From positions 32,001 to 96,000 of the IMG/VR virus record IMGVR_UViG_3300026097_000805: DNA of 64,000 nucleotides. One strand, 5' to 3'. Shown in pieces: positions 17,729 through 26,837 of the stretch. The stretch comes from a virus. Numbering within the stretch: the first letter of the stretch is position 1; every line of letters starts with the position of its first letter. The notes below the pieces were generated by a model, which did not search any database, was not told the origin of the DNA, and worked only from the letters and a program-made list of their open reading frames with translations. Position numbers and translations under genes: made by a program.

Positions 17729-18707
17729 TCGAGTACCTCGCTTGTAGTGGTTCCGCAAAACTTGCCGCTTGATCTGCAATTCTCTGCATATCCCATTTAG
17801 CACAAAATTTCATAAGACGCATTCCGACTTGTGTAATGTCCTTAGGTTGTACTTCTCTAATGGTATTATTAATTATCTCTCTAATATCTGTAGGCTGTGC
17901 TGTTAAGTCACATAATGTCACATTGCGACTGTAATCATCTAACACACGATGTTCTACACCTTCGTGATCTGTCCAACGCTGTAGCATCATGTTGTTCCAG
18001 TTGAAGCCTTTTGTGCCTTTATCTTCAAATGCTTCGATCAAACCAACTTTGTTCTTAGTGCCTTTCTTGCGTACACCAGGATAAGCACTGAATACGTTAT
18101 CACTAGTATCGCCACGCATACACTTCTCAAACAGCATAAACGCAGGATCAGGAGCAGGCTTTGCTTCTTTAGTCTTCTTGTCAATTACAGGAGCACCTTT
18201 GTCGTCAAAGTAGCCTTCGTGTGTAATTGTAGTATTGCTAACACCATTATATTGCTTTACATTAGGAGCAATCAGCTGTGCAAAGTCCCCGTCTGTACTA
18301 ATAATCACATGATTGTCCTTAGGATGGTTCTGTACCCATCCGGCAATAAGATCATCTGCTTCTAGTTGCGGATGTTGAATTACAGTGCAATTAGTTTTTT
18401 CTGCAACAAAATTTTTAAACTCATCAAAAATTTCAAAGAACACAGCATCTTCTTCAGCTTCTTTAGGACTCATTGCATCGCGTGTTTCTTTACGATTACG
18501 CTTGTATGGCTCGTAATAGTCCTTACGCCAGCTACGTCCTTCTAAGCAGAAAACAACATGATCTGCATCAAAGTCTGTCCACGCTTTCTTAATACTATTA
18601 AGTGTAATATGAATTGCCATACCTACTTTTGTGTCAATGTCGCCGCGTACTACATGCCGTGCTCTAAAGAAAGTATTAAGTGTGTCTACTATAACATATG
18701 TGCTCAT
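17718..18707 (-). CDS. rnh: RNase H / 5'-3' flap exonuclease (T4 Rnh-like)
   Basis: VIVD..N, EG.SWRK..Y..YK.NR, LEADD.IA, ISTDGDF.QL, GDTSDNV...PG. Confidence 0.9.
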   Translation of the reverse strand: MSTYVIVDTLNTFFRARHVVRGDIDTKVGMAIHITLNSIKKAWTDFDADHVVFCLEGRSWRKDYYEPYKRNRKETRDAMSPKEAEEDAVFFEIFDEFKNFVAEKTNCTVIQHPQLEADDLIAGWVQNHPKDNHVIISTDGDFAQLIAPNVKQYNGVSNTTITHEGYFDDKGAPVIDKKTKEAKPAPDPAFMLFEKCMRGDTSDNVFSAYPGVRKKGTKNKVGLIEAFEDKGTKGFNWNNMMLQRWTDHEGVEHRVLDDYSRNVTLCDLTAQPTDIREIINNTIREVQPKDITQVGMRLMKFCAKWDMQRIADQAASFAEPLQARYSNDN

Positions 18708-19096
18708 GATACTGAACTACGTCCTTTGTCTATTGGTACTACATTAATATAACCCATTTCCCGCTGTGTGTCAAGTCCTTCTTCTTCCAACATCTGAACG
18801 ACAATGGTGCGGAACCAAGCATCTACAATTTCTTCGTTGCTTTCTCCGCTATAACCTGCATCTAATAGCTGTTCAATAAACTCATTGTTCCAGTCGAGTT
18901 CAAAGAAGCCGTTTCGGATATTATCAGGATTTACCTGTGTGTCTAATACAGCAACCCATGGTTCACCTGCTTCAGTAGCAGCCGCTTTGTCTGCATCTAG
19001 TGCCTCGCGACGAATTTGTTCTGAAGTCTTCTCAATAGGTTCTTCAACTTGCTCTTGCGTCTTCTTATCTCTTACGAGTTTGTTCCACCAACCCAT
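18704..19096 (-). CDS. Hypothetical phage protein
   Basis: 130-aa acidic ORF with AGGAG SD. Confidence 0.75.
   Translation of the reverse strand: MGWWNKLVRDKKTQEQVEEPIEKTSEQIRREALDADKAAATEAGEPWVAVLDTQVNPDNIRNGFFELDWNNEFIEQLLDAGYSGESNEEIVDAWFRTIVVQMLEEEGLDTQREMGYINVVPIDKGRSSVS
18746..18774 (-). promoter_or_regulatory. sigma70-type promoter for rnh (inside the upstream gene)
   Basis: TTGACA-cacagcgggaaatgggt-TATATT, 17-nt spacer. Confidence 0.7.
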
Positions 19097-19168
19097 TATA
19101 TATTTCTCCTAATACGTTCAAATTCTTCTTGTGATTGAATGCCACGTGGCATTTCTTTTAATTTTTTA

Positions 19169-20065
19169 TTAAGTTCCCCAGGCATTTCCGAATAGTGATA
19201 TGTGGAGTCGGGGACTGAATCGCCATCCTCGTTGCATACAGAGGTCTGCGACTTCTTGAACATTGAGGGTATATTCTTCACTGCGTCCGCCCATCGGCAT
19301 AAGATATACTGGACATTCCACCCCGGCATCCCTGTATAACTGAACAGCTCGAGTAACTTCGTCAACGTCATCTTGATCGGCAACCACAAACTTAAAGTAA
19401 ATGTCACCACCACGTACACCAGCGTATTGGCGAGCAACTTCAGGCTTAATAGCATCTTCCCAAGATTCTCCCGAAACGGAGAGCTTTGGAGAGCATGAAA
19501 ATGTGACCGTGAAGCGTCCTTGAGTGCTGAGGTATTCCGCAAAATCGCTATGTAGCGGCTGTGTTGTATTTGTTTCAATAGTGACATTTTTTAAGTCCTT
19601 CATTTTAGGATGTTCAAACAATTCTACATATAGCCGTTGCCAAGCTAACAAAGGCTCGCCGCCAGTTAGGATAAGGTGAACATCTTGCCCATTATCCATA
19701 GTCCACTTGCCTTCGGGCAACAAACTAAGCAAGTGATCTACTACTTCGTCCACTTCTGCTTGTCTATTTAGGTGCTTAAACTCTGCGTAGATGCTTGCAT
19801 ATGTATCACAACCTGTGTGTACAATAGGCAAGTCCTCAAATCGTTTTGCTGTATTATGTACATCTTTAGCAATCAAATCTGCTACTTCTGGGTTATACTT
19901 TTCGCCTCGTGCATGTTTGTCCCAACGGTTGCCATCTTCTTTAGGTAATCCAAAGTTCATACAGCGGAAATTACAACCAAATGTACGTAGGAATACGCTA
20001 GGCACTCCTACAAACTTGCCTTCGCCTTGTACTGAATAAAACGCCTCAGTGTAATGTAGTTTCAT
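19169..20065 (-). CDS. queE: 7-carboxy-7-deazaguanine synthase QueE (radical SAM)
   Basis: FYSVQGEG..VG.PSVFLRTFGCNFRC...CDT, TGGEP, ETN, SPK, KFVV, RLH..L.GN..GT. Confidence 0.9.
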   Translation of the reverse strand: MKLHYTEAFYSVQGEGKFVGVPSVFLRTFGCNFRCMNFGLPKEDGNRWDKHARGEKYNPEVADLIAKDVHNTAKRFEDLPIVHTGCDTYASIYAEFKHLNRQAEVDEVVDHLLSLLPEGKWTMDNGQDVHLILTGGEPLLAWQRLYVELFEHPKMKDLKNVTIETNTTQPLHSDFAEYLSTQGRFTVTFSCSPKLSVSGESWEDAIKPEVARQYAGVRGGDIYFKFVVADQDDVDEVTRAVQLYRDAGVECPVYLMPMGGRSEEYTLNVQEVADLCMQRGWRFSPRLHISLFGNAWGT

Positions 20066-20255
20066 CTTTAATCTCCCAATAGAACACTTTTTTACCTGTG
20101 CGTTCTTCTACAGCTGGCAAAGCAATATAATTATCGTCTACTTCAGTGCGTCCTACATAGTGCCAACTGTGTCCTTGTGCTTGACGCTCTTCTACCATCT
20201 CAAAAAATTCTGCATTGTCTGCTGCAAACAATGCTACAAATACCGCCCAAATCAT
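20046..20255 (-). CDS. Hypothetical phage protein
   Basis: 69-aa ORF. Confidence 0.6.
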   Translation of the reverse strand: MIWAVFVALFAADNAEFFEMVEERQAQGHSWHYVGRTEVDDNYIALPAVEERTGKKVFYWEIKDETTLH

Positions 20256-20362
20256 AGCGGCAACCTTCCTGTATAAAGTTCGATACCTAAACTGATCATG
20301 CCCATTATAAACACTGCTACAATAAACACTTGTGCCATACGCACTGCAATATAATCACTCAT
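20252..20362 (-). CDS. Small membrane protein (36 aa)
   Basis: Not in ORF track. MSDYIAVRMAQVFIVAVFIMGMISLGIELYTGRLPL; overlaps both neighbours by TAATG/ATGA coupling. Confidence 0.6.
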   Translation of the reverse strand: MSDYIAVRMAQVFIVAVFIMGMISLGIELYTGRLPL

Positions 20363-21045
20363 TAGCAACTAAACTCCTGCTGTAGTTTAATGTTGTCAAA
20401 GAACTCTTTCTTTGTACCAGGATCGTCTTTGAATGAACCCTTTAGCACAGTTGTCTGTGTAAGACTGCTATGTGCCATAATACCACGATTCTCGCAACAG
20501 CCGTGTGTTGCTTGAATGTATACACCCAAGTGTTCTGCACCAGTTGAGTATGCAATCTCACGTGCAATATCATTTGCAAGTTCTTCTTGCAGTGTGCCGC
20601 GTCGAGCGCACCACTGTGCAATGCGTGTGTACTTAGATAGTCCGATAAGTTTGTCTGCGGCAATAATACCAATATATGCAACACCGCTTACTGGCTGGTG
20701 ATGGTGCGAACACATACTCTTTAGCTCTGAGCGTACCACAAGCATGCCTTCGTAGCGGTCTTCTGAATCATTAGGAAATGCAGTTGCATCTGGACGATAA
20801 TCATAACGTCCTGCCATAATCTCATTGAAGTACATCTTAGCCAGTCGACGTGCTGTACCCTTGCTGTTAGGATCAGTATGTCGATCAATCACTAGCGTGT
20901 CTAGTACAGTTTCAAATGCTTCTGTAGCTTCTTCAATCAATTGTTCTTTGTCGCCACTCTGTAGCAAGCGAGCAATGTTGTCGCCCGCCCAATAACGCTT
21001 GTCTGCGTTCTTACAGCGTTCGATAATTTCTTCGTATTTTTTCAT
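20362..21045 (-). CDS. folE: GTP cyclohydrolase I
   Basis: TARRLAKMY, SMCSHH, GLSK..R, LQE, HGCCENRG, TT...G.F. Confidence 0.95.
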   Translation of the reverse strand: MKKYEEIIERCKNADKRYWAGDNIARLLQSGDKEQLIEEATEAFETVLDTLVIDRHTDPNSKGTARRLAKMYFNEIMAGRYDYRPDATAFPNDSEDRYEGMLVVRSELKSMCSHHHQPVSGVAYIGIIAADKLIGLSKYTRIAQWCARRGTLQEELANDIAREIAYSTGAEHLGVYIQATHGCCENRGIMAHSSLTQTTVLKGSFKDDPGTKKEFFDNIKLQQEFSC

Positions 21046-21102
21046 TTAGTTCTCCGAGTTAAAGACGAGGATGTCATAAAAAATGGTATACTCATATTAT
21101 TA

Positions 21103-21131
21103 AGTATACCATATATTTAGGCTTTTGTCAA
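21103..21131 (-). promoter_or_regulatory. sigma70-type promoter with TAAATA embedded in the spacer
   Basis: TTGACA-aaagccTAAATAtatgg-TATACT, 17-nt spacer. Confidence 0.78.
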
Positions 21132-21331
21132 GCATTAAAATATTTTTTTGCCATTTCTAGCATATCATCATATTCTGCAATCTGTTTCATTTCTGTTTCG
21201 ATTGCTTCAATGATGTCTGGGTGCTCGCCGATACCTGCTGGATTATGTAGATATACTTCTACATTTGCTCGATGCTTTTCGATGTGTCCCTTTGCGTGTG
21301 ACACAAACGCTTGTAATAGTTGTTCTCTCAT
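21128..21331 (-). CDS. Hypothetical phage protein
   Basis: MREQLL... start at 21331 has an AAGGA SD (ORF track start 21367). Confidence 0.75.
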   Translation of the reverse strand: MREQLLQAFVSHAKGHIEKHRANVEVYLHNPAGIGEHPDIIEAIETEMKQIAEYDDMLEMAKKYFNA

Positions 21332-21344
21332 ATTTTTTTCCTTT

Positions 21345-21743
21345 CTAACAACCGTCGCCGTAAACAATGTCTACAACTTCATCTATATTTAGATTATCTT
21401 TTTTGTAATTTCCTTTTTCTGGAATTACATGTCTTACTCCACCGCGCGGATCATCCATATCGCCTTTGCGTCTTGGAATAAGGTGTACATGAGGATAGTC
21501 AACAGTTTGCCCTGCTTCTGTGCCTACATTCTGCCCGACATTATAAGCATCACAGTAGCCTGATTGCACCCAGTCATAACCCCATGCATATGCTGCCTTA
21601 TAACACTTTGCAAGATGTTCCCAGTCTTCTACTTTAGGAACAAAAAGGACATGGCCTTCTGTCACAGGGTATCCATCTTCAAACACAGTAAATTCTCTAC
21701 AATCTAAAACTACATCAGTCCAAGGTATTTCGTTAAACTCCAT
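21345..21743 (-). CDS. HIT family nucleotide hydrolase
   Basis: YPVTEGHVLFVPK, AGQTVDYPHVHLIPRR.GD (first His of the triad replaced by Tyr). Confidence 0.85.
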   Translation of the reverse strand: MEFNEIPWTDVVLDCREFTVFEDGYPVTEGHVLFVPKVEDWEHLAKCYKAAYAWGYDWVQSGYCDAYNVGQNVGTEAGQTVDYPHVHLIPRRKGDMDDPRGGVRHVIPEKGNYKKDNLNIDEVVDIVYGDGC

Positions 21744-22146
21744 AAAATTCTTCCTCGATATATCGTTTAAGTTCGTGGTCCCCTACATTATTAGGAACAC
21801 GTTTTTTATAAAATAATTCATAACTATCCGAGCCGTACTTACCAATACCATATAATTTAGTAGCATCTTCTCCGTCCCATTTGAGGTAATCTTCGGTCAT
21901 TCTCCGTAAACGGTTTGCTCTAACATTTACCATACCTAAAGATTCTATAATATCCTTGATGATATCTTCTGGTGCTTGCAAAAACAATTCAGGTGTTGGA
22001 CAAACTAAAAATAGTTGTGGTAAAACCCTTTTTACCTGTTTACGATTGGTTAAGTTTAAACAAATAACACCTACCATGTGTTGCCATACTGTAGATACCT
22101 GCTGTTGCACCATTAGATCGTCTCTCATTTTTTTATGTTCTTTCAT
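21733..22146 (-). CDS. MBD4-like HhH-GPD DNA glycosylase
   Basis: W..MVGVICLN.T...V..VL..LF...P, LGM...RA..L, LYGIGKYGSDSY.LF, DHEL..Y: closely follows the MBD4 glycosylase domain. Confidence 0.8.
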   Translation of the reverse strand: MKEHKKMRDDLMVQQQVSTVWQHMVGVICLNLTNRKQVKRVLPQLFLVCPTPELFLQAPEDIIKDIIESLGMVNVRANRLRRMTEDYLKWDGEDATKLYGIGKYGSDSYELFYKKRVPNNVGDHELKRYIEEEFYGV

Positions 22147-22742
22147 GAATAATCATCCTGCACTGTGAAGTTAAAAGCAATTGTTATTCTTTCATTGTCA
22201 GAAGTTTGTTGTTCTACTTCGTGATCTAGATAACTTGGGAAAATAATAAGACTACCTGTTTTTGGCTGTAGTCTGAATAAAGTAGAATTTAATTCGTTTG
22301 CTTCTATCCTATTACAATACGGCCAAGCGTTATCTAGATTTTTGTTTATAAATGTAATTTCTGAATCTTGTTCGTCGCATTGAACATAGTACACACCACT
22401 CCATGTACACGGTAAATGATTGTGCTTACCGTGAAATGCATATTTTCTATTAATACTAAACCAACTATCCTGTAATACTACATTCCCTGCTAATCCATTA
22501 TGTGCATGGAAATTAGCCACATTGATTCCAATAAAATCTAATAACTCACTACATTCTTTCCAAAAAAGTATATTTTCATTATTTCCATATGAGGTGTATC
22601 CTCCGTAACAGTAGTTTTCACACGGGTTATTTTTTTCATATTCTTTGAATAAAGGAACTAGCGTATCTTTTGTATTGGAAAAATTTTCAAAATCTCCTAA
22701 CACAACTGGAACAGGAAAGATATTAAAAATAGTAAAATTCAA
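22143..22742 (-). CDS. 2OG-Fe(II) oxygenase-like protein (TIGR02466-like)
   Basis: HNH...WSGVYYV, P..G.LIIFPSYL.H.V, RITIAFN. Confidence 0.8.
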   Translation of the reverse strand: MNFTIFNIFPVPVVLGDFENFSNTKDTLVPLFKEYEKNNPCENYCYGGYTSYGNNENILFWKECSELLDFIGINVANFHAHNGLAGNVVLQDSWFSINRKYAFHGKHNHLPCTWSGVYYVQCDEQDSEITFINKNLDNAWPYCNRIEANELNSTLFRLQPKTGSLIIFPSYLDHEVEQQTSDNERITIAFNFTVQDDYS

Positions 22743-23302
22743 CTACCTACGTTCTCCCAAGGATATACAAGCCAAACAGGATCTTCAGCTTTGTTAACTT
22801 CGTGTGTATAATATCGTACACCACCAAATTCGCTTGACAAGTTTTCTGTAATAACAGCAAAACGAACATTTGCTCGATCGCCTTCCCATACAGCATTCCA
22901 TGCATTTTCTTCGTTGGGCAAACAACTGCTCTGCCAGTCTTGCTTGATCCAGTTAAACGTAGCACCAGTATCATTGATATCATCTACTATCAAAATGTTC
23001 TTACGTTGCTTAATGTCCCAACGAGCACCAGTGACACCAGTTTCTTCAGGATAGTTATAACCAAACGCATCCTCGCTCATCCAGCAGTTAGTTTCTGGAC
23101 CCATACTATCATCACGCAAACTAACCTTAAGTGCTTCACAACGTATGCCTAACATGTTGCTGAGGATAGTAGCAGGAACATTGCCGCCGCGTGTAATGCC
23201 TACAATATAGTCAGGACACCACGCATCCTTGTACATCTGTAGAGCAATGTTAGTACAAGCGTTCTCAACGTCTTGCCACGAATAATAATGTTTTTTAATC
23301 AT
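22739..23302 (-). CDS. Type I phosphoribosyltransferase (xanthine/guanine PRT-like)
   Basis: YIVGITRGG, ILIVDDINDTGAT PRPP loop, WLVYPWE; ATGA overlap supports start 23302. Confidence 0.85.
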   Translation of the reverse strand: MIKKHYYSWQDVENACTNIALQMYKDAWCPDYIVGITRGGNVPATILSNMLGIRCEALKVSLRDDSMGPETNCWMSEDAFGYNYPEETGVTGARWDIKQRKNILIVDDINDTGATFNWIKQDWQSSCLPNEENAWNAVWEGDRANVRFAVITENLSSEFGGVRYYTHEVNKAEDPVWLVYPWENVGS

Positions 23303-23541
23303 TTTATTGCTTCCCAAGTTTTGTATTTTTCAAGTTGTGCCTCGTAAGCATCCTTTAGTTTTTTCAGTTTAGGATACTTTGATTCCATGTCTACGTCACG
23401 CTTTAATAATAACAGAGCATCACGCATTTCGTCAAGTTCTTTCATAACGTCTCTGCCATCTACTATTAGTGTAGGGTTAACAGTATCTTCTCTAATAGTG
23501 ATATCGTTAGGAGCATATGTGTAGTCCTGCATACTAATCAT
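23299..23541 (-). CDS. Hypothetical coiled-coil phage protein
   Basis: ORF track start 23667 overlaps the upstream gene; MISMQDY at 23541 preferred. Confidence 0.65.
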   Translation of the reverse strand: MISMQDYTYAPNDITIREDTVNPTLIVDGRDVMKELDEMRDALLLLKRDVDMESKYPKLKKLKDAYEAQLEKYKTWEAIK

Positions 23542-23980
23542 CTTTGGCGCCCCTAGCAAGGTATTGTTCATTGTGTATCCATTCTCCGTCTTTGAGGAAA
23601 CCCCAAGAACCTGCCTTACGCCCCATAAAGAAAAGACTCCAACAAGGTTTTTCATTACCTTCCGCATCTCGTTCTAACTCCAACCAATGTAAGTCACTTG
23701 CCTTGCGATAGCGAAAGTGTCCTGGACCTCTCCAGTAGCGTCCTTGAGGAGTGTTCTCCCAATAGCCGCCTGCGATAATAAATGTAGCATACGACCAAGG
23801 ATGATCGTGTAGCGTAGGTTCATCACTTACCAACACTTTGTGCAGTGTGATGTTAAAAGGAAAACGCTTTCTGTCTTTCAAGAACACGTAGTAGCGGATT
23901 AGATAAGGTACGTCACTATCACGTTCTGTAATAACTCGACGTCTGCCAAGTTTGTCCATAATGTTAGAAAGAAAAGTCAT
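23534..23980 (-). CDS. Cupin-like phage protein
   Basis: LHDHPW...GGYWE...H.LEL: His-rich cupin-type motifs. Confidence 0.65.
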   Translation of the reverse strand: MTFLSNIMDKLGRRRVITERDSDVPYLIRYYVFLKDRKRFPFNITLHKVLVSDEPTLHDHPWSYATFIIAGGYWENTPQGRYWRGPGHFRYRKASDLHWLELERDAEGNEKPCWSLFFMGRKAGSWGFLKDGEWIHNEQYLARGAKDD

Positions 23981-24347
23981 CGTCTACTTCACCTGCTTTC
24001 TTTTTACCTTCCCAGTCTTGTTTAACCATGTCGTATACGCTTTTAAAGTTGCGCCAAGTTTTTTCTAAACTAGGATACTCTTTACACATACGTTCAACTT
24101 CATTAGGATCTATATTCATATTATTGTAGATCCAATTAATATCGATAGTATTCGCTGTATCTATACCAACAGTAAATGTAGGATCAGATACAGTTATAGT
24201 ATCGTTTGACCACATTGTTGTAGTTGCTCCATAGGTATCATCTAGATTGATAGTAATAGTATCATCGTTCGATAAACCTAGATCACTCAAATCTAATTCA
24301 TCAATATTAATTGTACTTTCAAAGTCAGTCTTCTTTGATTGCGTCAT
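23964..24347 (-). CDS. Hypothetical phage protein
   Basis: 127-aa Thr/Asp-rich ORF. Confidence 0.7.
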   Translation of the reverse strand: MTQSKKTDFESTINIDELDLSDLGLSNDDTITINLDDTYGATTTMWSNDTITVSDPTFTVGIDTANTIDINWIYNNMNIDPNEVERMCKEYPSLEKTWRNFKSVYDMVKQDWEGKKKAGEVDDDFSF

Positions 24348-25416
24348 ACAGTGCCGCTCCGCTAAAAAATTCTTTGTTTAATCGAGTACGTTGCTTGTCT
24401 AAACTTACTAGATAGTCGTTGTAGTTTTCCATATAGTCGCGAATCTTAGCAACAAGCTCTCCGCGATATTTTACATAACTAGACCAGTCTTCTGTCCATT
24501 TGCTAGGATACTTAAACTCAGGCAGTGCCATTTCTGTATAGCTGAGTCTATCCGGAACCATAGGAATAGCATTTACAAGAGATCCTTCGTACCAACTAAT
24601 ACCAAGTGTTTCCTGCAAGTTAGCACTGAACACCAACTTTGCTTCACCAAGCAAGTTGTGATACTCGTTCTTAGTAAGTTCACGTTCTTGACACACAACA
24701 AACTCATACTCGGGTAGATGTTGTGCAAGGTCACGGAAGATGTCTACTTGTTTCTCAGGAGCAATACGATGTGGGAATAAAATAACATCACGCTTGTCCA
24801 TACCACTGTAGGATACAAGGCTATCACGCAAATACTCCATAGGCCAACCTACACGAGAAATACGATCTTCTTCACCGTTGAGTGCTTCTTCTACCATGTC
24901 TTCAACATACGGATCGTCTGCAAACAGTGTGCGTACAAACATCTCAATATGAAAGTTTGTTGCAAAGAAATTGTCATCATATGTGTAGTACATGCTCTTT
25001 TCAGCATGTCTTACCCAAGGTGCATCTCCTATGAGACGACCCAGGAAATCGTGAGGATCATAACTACCAGCATGCCAAAGGCCACCGATTCCAATGTCGA
25101 CCCCAAGGAGTTCAGCCATGTAGCGCAACTGGATAACAGTTGGGTTCCACGCATCTGTATATAGGAAATAATCTCCATCTTTAATTTCTCCGTTGCAAAA
25201 CCTCTCACCAATCTGTTCCAGCTGTTTCGATTTATAAACGTTAGTACCGCCAAAGTTAAGGAAAGCCCCAGGCGTAGTTGCCTGAGGCGTTTCCCCGCCA
25301 CTGATAACAACCACATCGTTGTTTGTAGCATTACGCACTTGTCTAGGCAAATAGTCCTTCCATTGCTTAGTATAGCGTGTGTCCACTGCTTCGATATCAA
25401 CGATGTAAATAGTCAT
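24325..25416 (-). CDS. Glycosyltransferase (GT-B fold)
   Basis: FPHRIAPEKQ, S.NLQET.GIS.YE...P...RLSY.E: GT-B donor-binding Ex7E-like motif. Confidence 0.75.
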   Translation of the reverse strand: MTIYIVDIEAVDTRYTKQWKDYLPRQVRNATNNDVVVISGGETPQATTPGAFLNFGGTNVYKSKQLEQIGERFCNGEIKDGDYFLYTDAWNPTVIQLRYMAELLGVDIGIGGLWHAGSYDPHDFLGRLIGDAPWVRHAEKSMYYTYDDNFFATNFHIEMFVRTLFADDPYVEDMVEEALNGEEDRISRVGWPMEYLRDSLVSYSGMDKRDVILFPHRIAPEKQVDIFRDLAQHLPEYEFVVCQERELTKNEYHNLLGEAKLVFSANLQETLGISWYEGSLVNAIPMVPDRLSYTEMALPEFKYPSKWTEDWSSYVKYRGELVAKIRDYMENYNDYLVSLDKQRTRLNKEFFSGAALYDAIKED

Positions 25417-25622
25417 TAGTTTCTCCGCTGATTCACATTACGACTTGCATTGCGAGCCTTCGCACGTAGCCATCCTTGATATTTTTGATAAGCAATCCAG
25501 TTAGGATCTTGCTTGTTATAAAGTGCTCGTTCGTCAAACACTTTGCCTTCGAAACGACAAAAATCACGATATGCATCCAAGTCATTGAATACTTTGTTTA
25601 CAGTGGGATTTGCGATTGTCAT
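25416..25622 (-). CDS. Hypothetical phage protein
   Basis: 68-aa ORF. Confidence 0.7.
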   Translation of the reverse strand: MTIANPTVNKVFNDLDAYRDFCRFEGKVFDERALYNKQDPNWIAYQKYQGWLRAKARNASRNVNQRRN

Positions 25623-25640
25623 AATTTATAATTCCTCTTG

Positions 25641-26096
25641 TTATGACTTAGGGTAAAAAATAGAACAGCCATTTTCGTTGTCTTCAGCGACACTAATCTC
25701 TACAAATCGGCCGGGATATTTTGCAGAAATTTCTTTATACAAGTCATCTGCGATCATCTCACAGCTCTTGTGGTTTAACTCTAGTACGCCTTCGACGTCA
25801 TAGAGTCGTTGCATCCAGCGTTTAAACTGAATGAACTCAATATCGCGATCGTTATGAAATACTTCAATACGCACACGAAAGTGAAAGATATGACGATGTG
25901 GAACACCAAGGAACGATACGTCATCCCAATCGCCTGTTGCTAGTTTAGGATCAGTATCTGCACCTGGGTACATATGTACCCCTTCTTTCGAAAAAGTGAC
26001 CCAGATACTTCTTTCTGCTTTTGTCATAAGATTACTCATTTTGTAGTCTTCTTCTCTCATTCTACGTTGCATATAATCGTGATAGCGTTCTTGCAT
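25641..26096 (-). CDS. QueD-like / 6-pyruvoyl-tetrahydropterin-synthase-like T-fold protein
   Basis: H.YP...PHRHIFHF.V, DRDIEF, SCEM.A, V.V.EDNENG; lies among queE/folE/tgt-like genes. Confidence 0.65.
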   Translation of the reverse strand: MQERYHDYMQRRMREEDYKMSNLMTKAERSIWVTFSKEGVHMYPGADTDPKLATGDWDDVSFLGVPHRHIFHFRVRIEVFHNDRDIEFIQFKRWMQRLYDVEGVLELNHKSCEMIADDLYKEISAKYPGRFVEISVAEDNENGCSIFYPKS

Positions 26097-26103
26097 TCTT
26101 TAT

Positions 26104-26132
26104 AGTATACTTTCATGTAATAACATTGTCAA
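26104..26132 (-). promoter_or_regulatory. sigma70-type promoter; near-leaderless for the QueD-like gene
   Basis: TTGACA-atgttattacatgaaag-TATACT; ATG 7 nt downstream. Confidence 0.75.
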
Positions 26133-26631
26133 GGCCATATTTGCTCCAATCTGTGAATTTATCACGATCCATTAGATCATGCAGACTGTGACACCATACG
26201 CCAGGATTAGTTGCCTTGAAATCTACATCATCAATCTTAACCATTGTGTTGTAGTTCCAAAGCTTCGTGTAAGGCAACGGAACACGAATTTGCGGAATAA
26301 AGTTATCGTATTCAGCAAGTCCGCCGTCATGGAACTCGCGACAAGTATCTAACGGAAGATCAAGAGTACAAAGATAGTCTTTCTTAAGGAAGTGTTCGAT
26401 CATGTCTTCCCACGCTTCCCAGTCATCGTTAACAACTGGATTGTATGAGTGATTAGCACCGAAGAAGATGTGTTCGCACTGTTCTTCGTCGTAATGTTTT
26501 TGTACAACATCACAAGGTTGTACGCCTGTCACAAACAGCGTCTTCATTCCAAATGCAGGAGTCTTTTCAACTTCTACACCCGTAAAGAATGTAATATTGT
26601 CCGCTGTACCTGTTTCGTAATCTCGTTTCAT
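26113..26631 (-). CDS. Hypothetical protein within the deazaguanine cluster
   Basis: 172-aa ORF; no recognisable family motif. Confidence 0.75.
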   Translation of the reverse strand: MKRDYETGTADNITFFTGVEVEKTPAFGMKTLFVTGVQPCDVVQKHYDEEQCEHIFFGANHSYNPVVNDDWEAWEDMIEHFLKKDYLCTLDLPLDTCREFHDGGLAEYDNFIPQIRVPLPYTKLWNYNTMVKIDDVDFKATNPGVWCHSLHDLMDRDKFTDWSKYGLDNVIT

Positions 26632-26837
26632 TCTAAACCTTTTTGTACAAGATATGCATTGATTCGGTGCATTTCGTCTTTTAAGTATAACTTCATAGTC
26701 TTCATACGTCTAGCTTCTTCTGTAGCTGACTCGTTATTATAACGCTCTAGTAAGTCCTTGTCAAGTTCTCTATGCTTGCGCTCCAATTCTTCATAATGTG
26801 CTAGAAGTTTGTCTTTAGTTTCAGTCCAGTTGCTCAT
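26628..26837 (-). CDS. Small coiled-coil protein (DUF465-like)
   Basis: LERKHRELDK...KLYLKDE pattern. Confidence 0.6.
   Translation of the reverse strand: MSNWTETKDKLLAHYEELERKHRELDKDLLERYNNESATEEARRMKTMKLYLKDEMHRINAYLVQKGLE

Noticed and set aside
19096-19185. 29-aa ORF (MPGELNKK...RRNI) overlapping the queE end, or a frameshift extension of QueE
   Set aside because: QueE ends at the natural GNAWGT terminus with tandem TAA TAA, and I saw no clear SD or slippery site. It could still be a microprotein, but this is unsupported.
21046-21102. preQ1 riboswitch in the approximately 50-nt folE leader
   Set aside because: It lacks the preQ1-I stem/AGAGG...CUCU and A-rich tail signature, and no convincing stem is present.
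21345-21743. HIT protein as an anti-CBASS nuclease
   Set aside because: Known Acb1 is a 2H phosphoesterase, not HIT. Nothing in the sequence favours cyclic-oligonucleotide specificity, so only a generic HIT call is supported.
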